NCBI GenBank assembly: GCA_040437565.1
Contig: JBDOQK010000034.1
Span: 248,001 to 312,000 of the forward strand
DNA length: 64,000 nucleotides
DNA from: Albugo candida
Taxonomy: Eukaryota
Direction: 5' to 3'
Part shown: positions 1-13,749 of the stretch, piece by piece
How positions within the stretch are numbered: position 1 is the stretch's first letter
Layout of the letters: every line of letters begins with the position of its first letter
Translations under genes and position numbers: made by a program
The notes under the pieces: model-generated
The model's database searches: none
The model's input: the letters and a program-made list of their open reading frames with translations, nothing else
Told to the model about the DNA's origin: nothing

Positions 1-700
1 TCTGGTATTGAGCCTCGCAAAGTTTACGCCAGCTACAATGAAACCGAGAACAAACCAAAGACTTGGGGAAAACTCTGATACAAGGAACTGAAATCGAGAG
101 AGAGTGGTGAGACTTACCAGATACAGGCAAGTACTTGGTCGTCTTATATAGTTTTCAGCAGCAAAACGTTAGGCTATGCATACCATGCTGCAAGTCGTTG
201 AGCATCCTACGGCTGTGTTCATCCTCAGAGAAGCTGGTTACCCTATCGAATCGTACAGCAGCAAAAAGTCTGTGAAGCGGAGAAATCGAAGGTACCGGTC
301 AAATATACCTGAGTTTGACCAGGATGTCAATGGGACGAATAAACTGAAGGATTTGATGTAAAACGAAGAATCTGCAAGCCTTGGCAGATAGTTATACTGA
401 ACAAAGCTTGTAGGAAGGTGAAGGTCGTCCGTCTTCAACTATCACAAATCACTTCAAGTGAGAAGCAGCTGATTACCTGGTAAATATTCCCGCACCGAAC
501 AGCTAAATTTTGCAGCAAGGAAAAGGGCTACAGGACGTAGGGTTTCAAGGGCACAGAAGAATTAGTAGCATATGATGTATTCTTCTATGATGGTGTTACC
601 AATTGATGATTTGAAAACCACTTCTTTTTGGAGATTTGAGCATTTTGGGTCGGCATCCAAGCTCAGATTCTTGTCAACTGCGCGAGTGTACACGAGCATG
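1..700 (-). CDS. Probable multi-exon hypothetical gene running off the left edge of the window
   Basis: A series of minus-strand GT..AG pairs can be joined in frame (MLVYTRAVDKNL...KSSI/ALFLAAKFSCSVREYLP/VEDGRPSPSYKLCS/FIRPIDILVKLR/LFAAVRFDRV...NDLQH). No recognisable homology. Confidence 0.3.
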
Positions 701-2194
701 ACGGCCTCGGCTACAGTAGACGAGCAAAAAATATCAGTTTAAACATTTAAATATGTAAGCTCTTCGCGCTGCATATAGTTATTGATCTTGCAAGATGTTT
801 TTTTCATCATTTCGTATTGCAATCGATTGTATCAATTCAAAGAACAACTTTTTTCTCTCCTGGGGACGACACTTTCTAAAGCTAAGGCATTTTGATGGGG
901 TCAGCATTTTTTGCTGGTAAAATGAAGTAATGCATGAAAGTATCTAAAAAATCGCAGCGCTGATAACCATGTGATTTTATTCCGAACTCAGCTAATCACA
1001 TTCAAAAGTCAAAATTATAGTGCTTTCTCACTGCATAGTTGCGGTATGCGACCAACAATTCATCATCTTTTTTTCAGCCATTTCTGATGAGAAAATAAAA
1101 ACGACTTTGACTGCACACAAGAAGAAACCATCACGATTTTTAGTGGAATGGAAATGTAGGTAGATGTATGAGAGCCATGCATTGATAAATTTCATCAGCT
1201 TGCTGAAAACCCGATTCTGCACAAGTAATTACGGTGCTGATTATCATTTTTTGGAGCTTTTTCTCTTGAGAGTCCTAGTGGTTCCATGGGAAACTAAACA
1301 CCATCTTATCAACGCGCTGGGTTTTTATAGGAAATTTCGGCATTCCCTTATGAGCGATTGCTTCCGTGGTAATGTGATGGATGCAGAACCGTGATTACGT
1401 TTCTCAAGCATGCATAGGAGCTATCGCTAATAGAATCCAGATTACGTTTCTCAATCAGCTTGACGATGCGACCATATGAATCTTCCATATGATTGTTCTA
1501 TGAAGGCTCCGCAATACTGAACGACTTAAAAGATTACGAATGCTTTAGTCAATCACAAATAGTTAACTACTTATTAGTCAAAAGCGAGCAATATCCACTT
1601 TAAGTAGACCGCTTCCCCGAGGACAATATCAAATAAAATAGATCCAGGGAATTTTAGAAGACCAGGAATAGCAATAAGTTTGTATCATTTCTATATCACC
1701 AGCTGCTTGTGGATTTTTAATGGCCGACAAAGAAGCCTTACAAGTTGCCAATAAGGATTTTTCGGTCATGCTTCAGCGATGGGAACAATGTAAGCAACTT
1801 CAGTTTGTAGAACATGACCATTCGGACATCTAGTCACTGCAGGACCTCGTACTCTGAAAGGATTTGACGTGTGTGATCTCTGCCAAAAGTCTATCATTCA
1901 ACATCTGACGGGTCAACATTGTCTCAACATATCTCCTGTATACAGCACCGCATTGCTCTGATGAAAGAAAATGGTTGACGAGGAAGATAGATTCGCTGCT
2001 TGCAGACATACCAATTTGCTACGCGAAGTCGTGACATACTTGCATATTTCGACAGCATAAAAACTGAGCATCCAAACGGTTTGACACAGAAAGCAGCGTC
2101 TTGGACTTCTATTTCAGTAGTTGAGATCACTTCTTCACCCGTTCCTTTGCCATAGTATCATTGTCTGGTCGTGATTGAAGCAATAATGGCAGTT

Positions 2195-5100
2195 TCAGCA
2201 TACTTGCAGGCCGAAATCATCATCATCAATTCGCACCCGCGTCGTGTAGCGCTCGCCAAGTAACGGTTCCCCACCAATAACGTAGAGCCGAATCTTGAAG
2301 AATTTCGTGTCAAGTTCCCGACATTTATTGTCGACAATCGGAACTTGGATTTTAGCAAACATTCTTCCAGCCGGAAGCACCAGCTCTCCAGCAACATGTT
2401 GATAATCAGGACAATCTTTACGCTCATTCGGTAGCTTTGCCTGGCAATCTCGACATTCTGTTGCGCTAGCGCCTCTTGCATTTTCATCCTCAGTTGCATA
2501 CGCAACAGCGATGACTTGATTCACATCCTGGCTAAATCTTTTCACAATCACGATCGCTTCTGTTCCTCTCCCCTCGACACAATGGAACAGGGATGATGCG
2601 AAACCGATATGCAAAAAGTTGATGTCGTAAGCAAAAACTTGTCCGATCGGATTTGAGACCGAAGCTTGAGAGAACAATGGTGCCCCGCTCAACAGCGTGC
2701 TCCCACTCATATCGATCGCATGCCCGTACCGTGATTTGGACTGCTGACGTATGCACTGCAGCTTGACGATTTCGTATGGTGTCCATTGAGCTCTCGTCCT
2801 CGTGTCCGATGTAGCATCCGCATTTTGATCACGATTGACTTGACTTCTCTGAAACACGTACGTGCTTCCCATCTGATTTTCTTCATTGAAAATACGATCC
2901 GCTTCACGATATAATCCATGTCCAGGAGCAGACACGACCGCGAATCCGCTCGATGAATCGATTGCGACATCAAAGCTAAATTCATCGCCACTCTGTTTAT
3001 CTGTAGAAGTCAAACGGCTTTCCAATTTCCAATAAATCGATTCATCGCATAGACTATCGGAGCACTCTGACGCACTGCGGGAAAAGATATAGGCAGCTCC
3101 GGCATTCGGAGTGGCAGCAAACTGATGAGATATATCCCAGTCAAACTGAACATCATCAAAATTGATGTGACCCCAGTATTGACTGCTTGAGGCATCCACA
3201 ACACATAACTGAGCGCTTTTTCTCTGGAATGTAGCGACGTTCCACCGAACGAGCTNNNNNNNNNNNNNNNNNNNNNNNNNNNNNNNNNNNNNNNNNNNNN
3301 NNNNNNNNNNNNNNNNNNNNNNNNNNNNNNNNNNNNNNNNNNNNNNNNNNNNNNNAATGGTGCCCCGCTCAACAGCGTGCTCCCACTCATATCGATCGCA
3401 TGCCCGTACCGTGATTTGGACTGCTGACGTATGCACTGCAGCTTGACGATTTCGTATGGTGTCCATTGAGCTCTCGTCCTCGTGTCCGATGTAGCATCCG
3501 CATTTTGATCACGATTGACTTGACTTCTCTGAAACACGTACGTGCTTCCCATCTGATTTTCTTCATTGAAAATACGATCCGCTTCACGATATAATCCATG
3601 TCCAGGAGCAGACACGACCGCGAATCCGCTCGATGAATCGATTGCGACATCAAAGCTAAATTCATCGCCACTCTGTTTATCTGTAGAAGTCAAACGGCTT
3701 TCCAATTTCCAATAAATCGATTCATCGCATAGACTATCGGAGCACTCTGACGCACTGCGGGAAAAGATATAGGCAGCTCCGGCATTCGGAGTGGCAGCAA
3801 ACTGATGAGATATATCCCAGTCAAACTGAACATCATCAAAATTGATGTGACCCCAGTATTGACTGCTTGAGGCATCCACAACACATAACTGAGCGCTTTT
3901 TCTCTGGAATGTAGCGACGTTCCACCGAACGAGCTCCATTTTCTCTCGGCATTTTCCAGTTTGCTTGTATTCCGTGGTGCCTCCAACGCGCAATTCTGCA
4001 TAGAGAACAAGAATATCGCATCCTCCACCTAGTTTGAAGGATATCCAATTTCCATGAATCACAAATGGCTGAGAGCAAAGTTTTCCTTGTGGGCCATCAC
4101 CCTGGATACTTCCTGCTCGGTTTTCACCGGGAAGAGTATAATTCGAAGCTCGACATTGAGATCCAGGGAAAGAGCAAAGACTTAATTCAGTGGAATTTTT
4201 GCCTCTACCAGGTCGGGCTTCATACGTTCCAACCCAGTAACGTCCCTGTGGATAAGCTCGTTGTCCAATGCTTTCCAGAGAGTACAAACCGTAATCGTAA
4301 GTACTAACGCGATCGTAGACATTGTCTCCAAATGTCGGCTGTTGATCAAATGCTGTTCCGGTTGTGAGCCATCCGGTTAGATCTCCTGTCTCAAAGTCCC
4401 ATGTTGTTGTCGTGAGAGCGTTGGAAGCCGGTGCGCCAATGATTAATAGGTCGTCGTCCAAATCGATACTAGAGCCGAAGCGATCGCCAAAATTCCCGTC
4501 CGGCGCTTCTAAACGAGTCTCGCATTCCCATTCACCTAGCATTTTTCTCTCTTCGACATGTATCTGATCGGAAGGATCAGCTACGTATGCACTGCTTAGT
4601 GATTGACACTCATCACATCCAAAACCTTTCCAAGAAGCTTCTAGCAAGGGCACTGTCATAAATGCATCCCAGAACGTCAACATCCATTGATGTGTCAAGT
4701 TATCGCTCATCTTCGAAACCTTTATCCGGTGAAGTAAATTTAGGTGCCTCAACGCATCCCCAACATCTCTTGCTGAAGAAGTGAATCCAAGGCGCTGTGT
4801 AGTCTTTCGGCCGCCTCGGTACATCAGTGTAAGTCTAAACTCTCCATAGAGAATTGCTGTATCAGCTCGCAGCTCGATTGTCTGACGTTGTGCTTGGAGA
4901 GAGCATAAGTAAACAGCGCCTTTGCTTAAATAAGTGCGATCAGCTTTCACATCATCATTCTCCTTTACCGCTTGCGCTGTTGCTAATGGAGCGCCTACAG
5001 CAATCATGCGATCAGAGACTGACACCGAGAATCCAAAGTGAAAAGTTGATTGAAATTCATCTTCTAATACTCTGTGTAGTACACGATCCACGCATGTTAT

Positions 5101-8100
5101 CTCTGAAATGAAAGCCCAATCCAATATTCCACGGTGGTATACGAAAACTTTCTCGAGACCGACTGCACCAACGACTGCGAGATCCCCCCAAAGGCCGACC
5201 GTACGAGGACCTCCGTATCGATGGGAAGACGCGGAGGCCAGATTGTGAGTGAGTCGAGATTCCAGAATCCAATTTATAGGCTGATGCTTCTGACTTTTGT
5301 AAATAACTGCATGAGGATGCCTTCCTGGACTTCCGATTATTGCACGGAGACTTTCAAAGGTACAGTCGAGCGCTACAGAAGCTCCAAATTCCTGACCTTC
5401 CAAACATTCCGGCGGTACTAATTTGCTATGTAGTTCCCAATATCCCACTCGAAGAACAAATGTGTACACAGCGCCACAGGAAGTAGTGCGTCCGTCAACA
5501 TCGAATCTCTCTTTTGGTGCACCGATAAGCGCAATCCCGTAAATATCGCAAACACTAACACAAGCGCCAAATTCTGCCATTAACTGACGACTCTTTCCGG
5601 CATGAAGAAGCCCCAAGCTGATACGGGTACCGGAACCTCCATCTCCATTATCTTGAATAGTTAAAGTCGACCATAGAGACCCGGGAGAGCTTGGATGAAT
5701 TCCTGGAGAGGAAAGCCGTAATGTGAATTTATCATCGGGCTCTTCGAGTGCATAGTCATCAATCGTTTTAAATTCAAAGCTTTGGGAAATTCCGTCGCCG
5801 ATGTTTTCAAAATAAAGCTTCTTAGAGTCGACCACATAGTCTGAAAGACCTGCATTATCATACGTGCCATCATGCCACAATGAAGCTTCTTTTTTCTTCT
5901 CAATGTCATTGAAGACAGCGTGACTTTCATCCCATACTAATTTGCGAGTAGAATCGTCCTCTGGTTCGTGTGAAATGTATACATCTGCCGAACGGAGTGC
6001 GTTAACGTCCTTTGCGAGCAACTCGCGATGTATGACAGGAATTTTGATCGTATCGCCTTCAATGACTGTGTATGTATCGGATGAAAAACCAAGAGCGAGA
6101 ACATTCAGATCAAATGCAAATGCATCTCCAGCTGGATGATCTCCAATGATGGCGGTTCTGCCATAAATGGCTATCGCCGCACCATAATTGTTCAGCTGCT
6201 TGAATCTCGGTCGTAACGTTGCCTGCTCTATCCATTTATGGTTGCTTCTTTCAAACACATACACACTGTTATCTAGCCTTGGTGAAGGTTGCTGAACCCA
6301 TTCCGTCTTGATCCTTGGCACAGTACACGTTTCAAAGCCGCAAGTTGTTTCTTCGACATTGAGTAAGGAGGCCCCCTGGTCAGCCCCAAAGGTCAAGAGC
6401 CATGAGATACCATTCAGATCGGTTGTACGACTCACCGATACATCTTCTATCAGCAGTTCTTGATGTAGAATGGCCTCCATCGTGTTGACATCCACATTAA
6501 ATTTGATCGGTTGGGTCTCGAGCCGGACGATTTGCTTGCGTTTGTTGACATCTTGGACCTTTCTGCAAGAAAGACGGAACTCATCCTCACCATATGAATC
6601 GTATGGGGAAGAATCTATTGTCGTGATGCGAATATGCTGGATAGGATCTGATAATTTGTGAGTAGATTTCGGAGATTCTAATGCATTCACTATGATAATA
6701 TTTCTCGATACTGAAACTTTACGTCCAAAGCGATCGTTTGGTGACGTGTTCAAGCCGACCAGCATCGTCTCCATCGTAAAGTATATTAGTCCTGGATCTT
6801 CTCGTACAAAGACGAAAGCAGCGCCGGTATTGGAGCCTACCACAAGTGTCGTGATCTCGGTCATATCAAGAGCCACATCACAGCCGAAAAAGTCTCCCGC
6901 ATATCCATGAGTCTGTGAGAGCTCCTGTTGTAGATTATAACGATTCTGGTTGATGTCATAGTCGTAAATAAACACTGAGCCAGGACTCGATACTGATCCT
7001 GGTGCTCCGATTGCGATTGTCACTTTGGATGATTTACCTGAAATGGCAATTGCTTCACCAAATCGACGTGGCTGTAATGAAAGAAGCGTTTGGAGCGTTT
7101 GTAGTAAGATCCAAGAATCATTTCCCGGGATGTATTGGTAAATGTATACCCGACCAGTATTATTAGAGGATGCCGGTGCCCCGACTACGCCAAAAGTTTC
7201 GAAAATCGTGACGGATGCTCCAAATTCACGCACAAAAATGATATCAGTAGCTGGAATTTGAAGTTTTGCAGTTTGATTCCAATTCCCATCATTCATTTTT
7301 TTGAAAATGTATGCTGCTCCAGCCTGGGATCCTTGCACTTCTTGTCCATCCAAATGGAATGATCCCGAGCTCTCTTCTATAACATTGATGATTCCCTGGC
7401 TCCCTTGTTTGTACAGCGAAGACTTGTCAATTGTCAGTACATCGTTCCTTCCATATCCTCGACCAAATGCTTTCACTATTCGTATTGGCGCATTGGAGCA
7501 TAGACTTGTAAAATAAGATACTATCACACTATTCTCAGGTACATTCCATAAGCTAGAGAGGCTTTGCTGTAGTATTTGACGGTTTGCATTGAATGGTATA
7601 CGTTCGGTGCTTCTAAACTCGTTCTGTATTATGAATGAGCCTGCATCAGCGTCACAAATGATTGAGACGGAGCCAAAGTCAGCATAAGCAGCCGCATATG
7701 GAGCTCCAACAAGTATTACATCTTGATATAGTGCGATGCTCGACCCGAAACCATCATCAAGTCGCGTATCGGATCCCGTGATAGGCACTGCCGCCTGTTT
7801 CCAAATCCCTTCATCACGAGCATACGTAATAATCGACCCACTCCCCTTTCTACCGTCTTGATACGGAGGGTACATCTGATCCACATGAACACTGATTCGA
7901 ACATTAGTGCCGTGGAGAAGCTTTTGTTCTCGTCCGTCGGAAACCTTGACAATGATAACTGGAGAAAGTGATGGAATAGATTCGATTGATGAAGCAGCGC
8001 GATCCTCCTTTCTTGTGAATGTGATTTTCCAAATCATTGCATGCTTCTTTGTCAGCCGTGTCACTGTCACTTGATACATTGGAGCTACCACACTGATCAC

Positions 8101-11100
8101 TTGCTCAAGATGACGTGCACTGGCATCCACAGGAATGTCTTCTGTCATTCTGGTCGGTAGACCATTCATCCGAACATCGATTCGGTATGTTCCACTAGGA
8201 GGCACTTGACAATTTGTCAGTGTGCGGGTTGAAATCATCGCTCCGTAACCAATAAGCCCTTCACCCTTCGATACGAGCTGCTGGTACTCGTGCACAATGT
8301 CGCTCTTTTTGAAGGTTATGATCCAAGTGAGCTCCATCATGGCGCTTGGCTGTGTCCTTGTAATCTTTTCTACGCTTAATCCCAGGTCATCTAATAAAAT
8401 CGCTGCTAGCTGGACAGATTCAGCATCAACTGGAATAGATCGAGTTTCTTTGGCGTCATATTTCAAGGTGAACGATCCTGAAAGAATTGTTGGTTTGCTG
8501 ATAACAAGTGCCGATGGTGTTCCTTGTCCATCTCCGATTACTGCCTGCGCTCCTGTTAGCGATTGGAATGCAACAGCGAGAGCCTCGAAAGGACCTTCAG
8601 ATGACAAAAACGTTATGGTCCATACAAAAGCATTTCGGCTCTTGCTAAGATTGTTGATTTCTCTAGATACACTCACAGTGTTTTTACCGACACGCAAGTC
8701 GATCTCAATGATGACTGCGATCTGAATCGGATGATAATTGTAATAGATACGCCTCGAAGTCGGACCTGTACCAATACTCAACATGAACCATCCATCGATT
8801 GTCTCGTTTTCCGCCGCATCCGACAGAAGTTTTTGTACTAATGGGCGTTGTGTAGCTCGTGTCGAAATTTCTTGCACTTCATTGATGTAGGAAGACACAT
8901 TGGAGGTAAGGGTCAGCGATTGTATCGATATCACTTCCTGAAAGCGATTCGATTGAGCCCCAACAACGATAGTGTTGTTGTGTATCGCAACGCTCGTGCC
9001 CAGAATATTCCCAGTTGGGGGCCGTAATGCATACACTGATGAATGGGATACAATGACATGGGTCCAAGCTCTTAAGATCTCTCTTTCAATCTTCATTTGA
9101 AAATATATTCGATAATGATTGCCTGGTCCATCTAGAAATATGTCTGTAGATTTTGTGGCTCCACGCACTACGGGAAGGTGTTTTGTACCATGGAACCGTC
9201 TTCCAGGAGGATTCAAATGGATATCAGCATCTTGGATAGCAGTTCCAGCTGTATCAGAAGTCTGCGTAAGAATTCTGGCATCCCCGTCAAGGGTGAGAGA
9301 CGATGTGTCATAGTAATCCAACTGTGATGCATAATCTCCTCTTCGAACAGTGTACTCAAAGTAAAGAGTAGTCTTATTATTATTTTGACCGACATAATCC
9401 GCATAGCGGTTTAGTAACAACCCGGTATCACGACTATGAAGTGATAGTTTGAGCCTCACTGCACCCTCTCCGAGTGTCACGTAGACTGGAGACGAAAACA
9501 CAATCTCTATCGTAACGATCTCACCAAAGGTGTAATCACGATCGGATCCAACAACCTGAATCAGTTCAATAATTGGTTTTCTTCCATCCACAGAGATTTT
9601 TTTATTGTGACCAAGGCTTCCTGGCGTCGACGGTAATGGTAGCTTCAGATAAGCAGTTACTGATGGAATGTCTGCTTGTTGAAATATAGAGCAAGCATGA
9701 TCGTCAGCGGTGTGTATCGTGTCCAGTGAATGCGAGTCTCTGTAGTCCAACCTCATAGAGTAATCATTCTCTTCAATAATGTACAAAAATCGCAATGTAG
9801 TGGAGCCGGAGCCGGCAGAGTAAGTGGCTGGCAGCGACATCGATCCTGCATTGAGCCACAATACCGGAAATCCTTGCACTGTAACGTGACCCGAGAATTC
9901 TACATCAATAGTGATCACATCACCGCATTTATAAATACCATCCGGTAGTGGTGACGTAATCGATAAAACATGAGGCACAAAGGTCGTATTGATGCGGAAG
10001 AGCTGATTTTGCCATTGACCGAATGGAATTGGAGGCATCGGAAGCGCCAGAATTGCGAATGTTGTGGGAATGGATGAGAACCTTTTGATCGAGCATTGTT
10101 CATCACCAAACGATAAGGCATCATTTGATTCGTACGTCAAGTCCATGTGCTCGTCTCCAGATTGAATCACATACGTAAACCATAATAGCTTTCGGTTTCC
10201 TTCGAAAAACCCTCTGCATGGGACCTTCTGACCGTCTTGCGATGTGTTTAAGAACAATGTTGGGCCGGTACAAGAACGAGTGCTATGAGCTGGTACTATC
10301 GTCACAGGACTGCTCCATTCGACAATAATATCGATCACGTCGCCAATAACAAACATGCCGCCATTAACGGATGGGACTAAATTAGTAGAGTAGACGCGTG
10401 AAACCATAGGTGGTGTTGGATCGATATGAATGCCACTAGGCATCACATCTACTCCTTCCAGAGACGAACTAACCGGATCTCCATTGAAGTTGACAATATT
10501 GCAGCCGGAATCGCATACAATCGAGGCATCATCCAGCTTATTGAGACGAAGAGTTGTGTCGTAGGTGCCAACAATGTATTGGAATATCAGCGTTATGGAC
10601 TTTGATCCTGAAATATACAGAGCGGTGGCCTGAGAATTGAGTAGTAGAGTGGGTGTCCCAGTGACCACTACTTCACTAGTGAATGTAAGATTGAGCCGTA
10701 TGACATGTTTGACTCCATAGGAGCCTAAAGGCACATCAGCCCACAGACTTTCAATTGAGGTGCTCTCGGCAATACCGGGATCAATATTCGGTGCGTTTAT
10801 TATAGGTGTTGAGAGCAGCAATGCGGCATCCACAATCGGCATTTGGGCTTTCCGTCGGATTGTAGCACCACATAAAGTTATTGCTCTTCTTGTAGTATAC
10901 GTCATGCCTTGAATAGCTTGATCACCAAGTCGTACTTTGTATAGAAATGTTAGAACTGATGTGCCACTTCCTCCATTGTATTCTGCAAAGCGCTCAATTT
11001 GTCCCACGGATAGCGATATTCTAGGAGTTCCTTTATCTGTGTTCACGACGACCGGAGAAGTGAAAGTGATAGAGATGGGGACTGAATCGCCGGGATACAC

Positions 11101-13620
11101 CGTCACACCCACAGTGTTGCCAGCTGAAATGCTATTGATTGATGGAGTAGCAGAGTCCAGGAGGATCCGGGCGTTTTCGTACAAGGATTTATGGTTTTGT
11201 GAGGACTCCGATAAAGAAGTCTGAGCATCAGAGGAGTTGTAACCATGACGGATATATCGTTGAATAGAGCCCCCATTCAATTCAAGTGCATTATCGTCGC
11301 GATAATTCAGGAAAGAGTTTCCAGTGAGATCATGTCTGTCGCCCACAGCAACAGTGTATCGAAAAGTGAGTTTGAACGACCGATTGCCCGAGAAATAATC
11401 AGCTGGCTGCTTGATAGGACCGCTTTCTAAATAAAGTCGAGGAAGGCCCTGAACCATGACAGGCTTAGTGAATGTTACTTGAATCAGGATAATGTCGCCA
11501 GGGCAATAGATGCCATCGACAGAGTCGGAGGTAACTCCAACATGAGAGTCTACTTTTGGATCCGTAGTGTCGATTCGTATTTGGTTCAAGGAACGGAGGG
11601 TATTTGGATTTGAAATGTCCATCATAGTTGCAGCAACTGTGCTCGGCTCCATGGAGTATCTTTTTATGGATCCACCATTCAGCTCAATCACCGGCCGCAC
11701 GTCCAAGATACCGGCTTGATCACCTTGCTGTACAACATACGAAAATACGATTGTGGACGTATTATTACCACCTGATAGGGTTGCTCGCCGAGCTGGATCG
11801 GATCCACCAACGTTGTCCAAAATGACAAAGAGGAAGGGAAGCCCATACACTGCGACCTCGGCCGAGTATTTGACCTGTATGTAGATAGTTTCTCCGACTC
11901 CGTACTCTCCATCATCAGGTGTCGAGCATTGGATAGACGTGATAAACGGTGTAGATGTGTCGATACTGATAAAACTTTCGATCAAGGAAGCAGGGCTATC
12001 TAGAGGAGGTAGAGTGAGAGTGGCTGGAATGCCGTTGCGATCGGAAATCTCGCCTCCGTTGGGGATCAAGGAGGTAGCTGATGCATACTGCAAAGCATTC
12101 GTAAGATCGTTCGGAGAGACTGTGTACTGAAACAAAAGATGCCGTGACCATGTGCTGAGTGTCACACACGTTGCAACGCTAGGAAGTGAGGATGCAGCCA
12201 GTATCAGACTTGGTGTGCCTGTAGCTAGTACTTCATCTGAGAAAGTTACTCGAACAAAAAGAATAGTGCCAGCTCCATACGGTGTCGTAAATGATGGAAG
12301 AGGTTTCACATCAACTTTTTGCACGACTACTGGTGGTGCATTGATCGAATTCACGGAAACTGAGGTAGTAATCGCCATGCTTGGTACATATACTGTATCT
12401 ACTACTGTTGTGGACGTTGAGACCAGATTACCACCTGCATCAAGAATCTCTACATGGGGCTGTTGACGCATAGGTTCACCATCGGAGAAGCCGTATAAGA
12501 GTGGTTCCACAGAAATTCTGGCTGGGGAACCAACGGCTACGTCGAATCCTGGAGACAGGATGGAGATAGATGTTTCCATCAGATCTCCAGTATCATTTGT
12601 CTTGTACAATGCAAATGACAGGGTGTAGTTCGATCCAGCTTTGTCGATGTTTAAATTACGAAAAACTGCAAGCCCACGTTGCACCTTTGCTGTCGAAAAT
12701 GCTTCAGGTTGTATTTTTCCATTGTACGGATTTGGTGATAAACTAATTCGCACCAAATTTTGTGCTTCATCATCCGGAACGTTGCCACCTGCATCTGTGA
12801 CTTTTAACACGGGCTGAGTACTAAAAGCACATCCTCCTATTGCTGCACTCGGACTTTGGATCACCTGAAGGATCCTACCCTGACCAGGTTGTACACATAG
12901 AGGTTTTGTTTCGACTATGGATCCCCCGACAAGATAATGGTCGATAGTGTATCTCATTCTGTAAAAGCATCCCGCAGCGGTGATATACAAGCCCGAGAAT
13001 CTGGCTCGTCCATTTGATACATTTGCCATGACGTTCGCTGTAGGGAGAAGCTGTCCACGAGAAGTACTTTGCGATAGCTCGACACGAACACTAGCTGTAA
13101 ATTCTTGGACAATGTTACCACCACGATCAACGACTGAAATGATCGGCTGAGGGTGGAAGGCTGTGCCTCCGAAAGCACTGACGCTGTCAGAATCAAGTAA
13201 GAGCTTATAAGCAGGACCCACTCTAACTTCAAATACAGTGGTCTCTGTTATCGAATTGTGAAGTGCGGAATATATAGATAGCCGGTAATCTTTCCCAGCC
13301 TTATCGATAACAAAATTACCACATTGAGCAATTCCATTTACGATTGGATATGAATTATGTTCGGGTTTCAATACTGCGGAAGAAGGCTCTGCTGATTTAA
13401 GGCTTAGCGATACAAATCCTGAATTTATTGTAGTCATAAAAGTATTTTTTTCATCGACCAAATGGACAATTACAGCACTGGTATAAATTTCTCCCGCCGT
13501 CATTGTGATCGGTTGTCGTACTACCTTTAAGATTGTTTCCATTCGTATCATGTAGAGCAAAGTAAAAATAAGAATAATAGTGCATCTCCACCGCAAGCTA
13601 ATAGTCACACTCATTGTCAT
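2195..13620 (-). CDS. Giant secreted/surface protein with Ig-like repeats, 8 bacterial-adhesin-type repeats, FG-GAP (integrin-alpha-like) propeller repeats, 2 Calx-beta-like domains and a levanase-like domain; ~3,581 aa after removing the 680-bp gap+overlap
   Basis: Intronless ORF 13620->3356 continues in 2675->2195 once the duplicated 580 bp (2676-3255 = 3356-3935) is collapsed. N-terminal hydrophobic segment (IILIFTLLYMI). Many FG-GAP motifs (FGSSIAL..VGAP, FGASVT..VGAP, FGEAIA..IGAP, FGSSID..IGAP). C-terminal Calx-beta-like IGFASSLF..EG..V.V.R...DY....GELV...I.VPIVDN...TRVRIDDDD. Confidence 0.85.
2676..3935. repeat. Assembly gap (N 3256-3355) with 580-bp duplicated flanks (2676-3255 = 3356-3935)
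   Basis: Identical sequence on both sides of a 100-N gap, offset 680. Confidence 0.95.
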
Positions 13621-13749
13621 CCATCAATGATGCAATAATGAAAAGAGCATGGATACTGGACAGTCATTTGTGTCCTCTCGTGATATAGTGTCTGTACATA
13701 AATGTATTGTAAACACAAATCCAACACCAAATTCGACATTTGCAAAAAC

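Noticed and set aside
1393-1455. 15-bp direct repeat GATTACGTTTCTCAA x2
   Set aside because: Only two copies; no array, TIR/LTR or transposase context
2532-3671. Apparent tandemly duplicated small ORFs (MDTIRNRQ..., MAMNLALM...)
   Set aside because: Alternate-frame translations of the assembly overlap inside the giant gene
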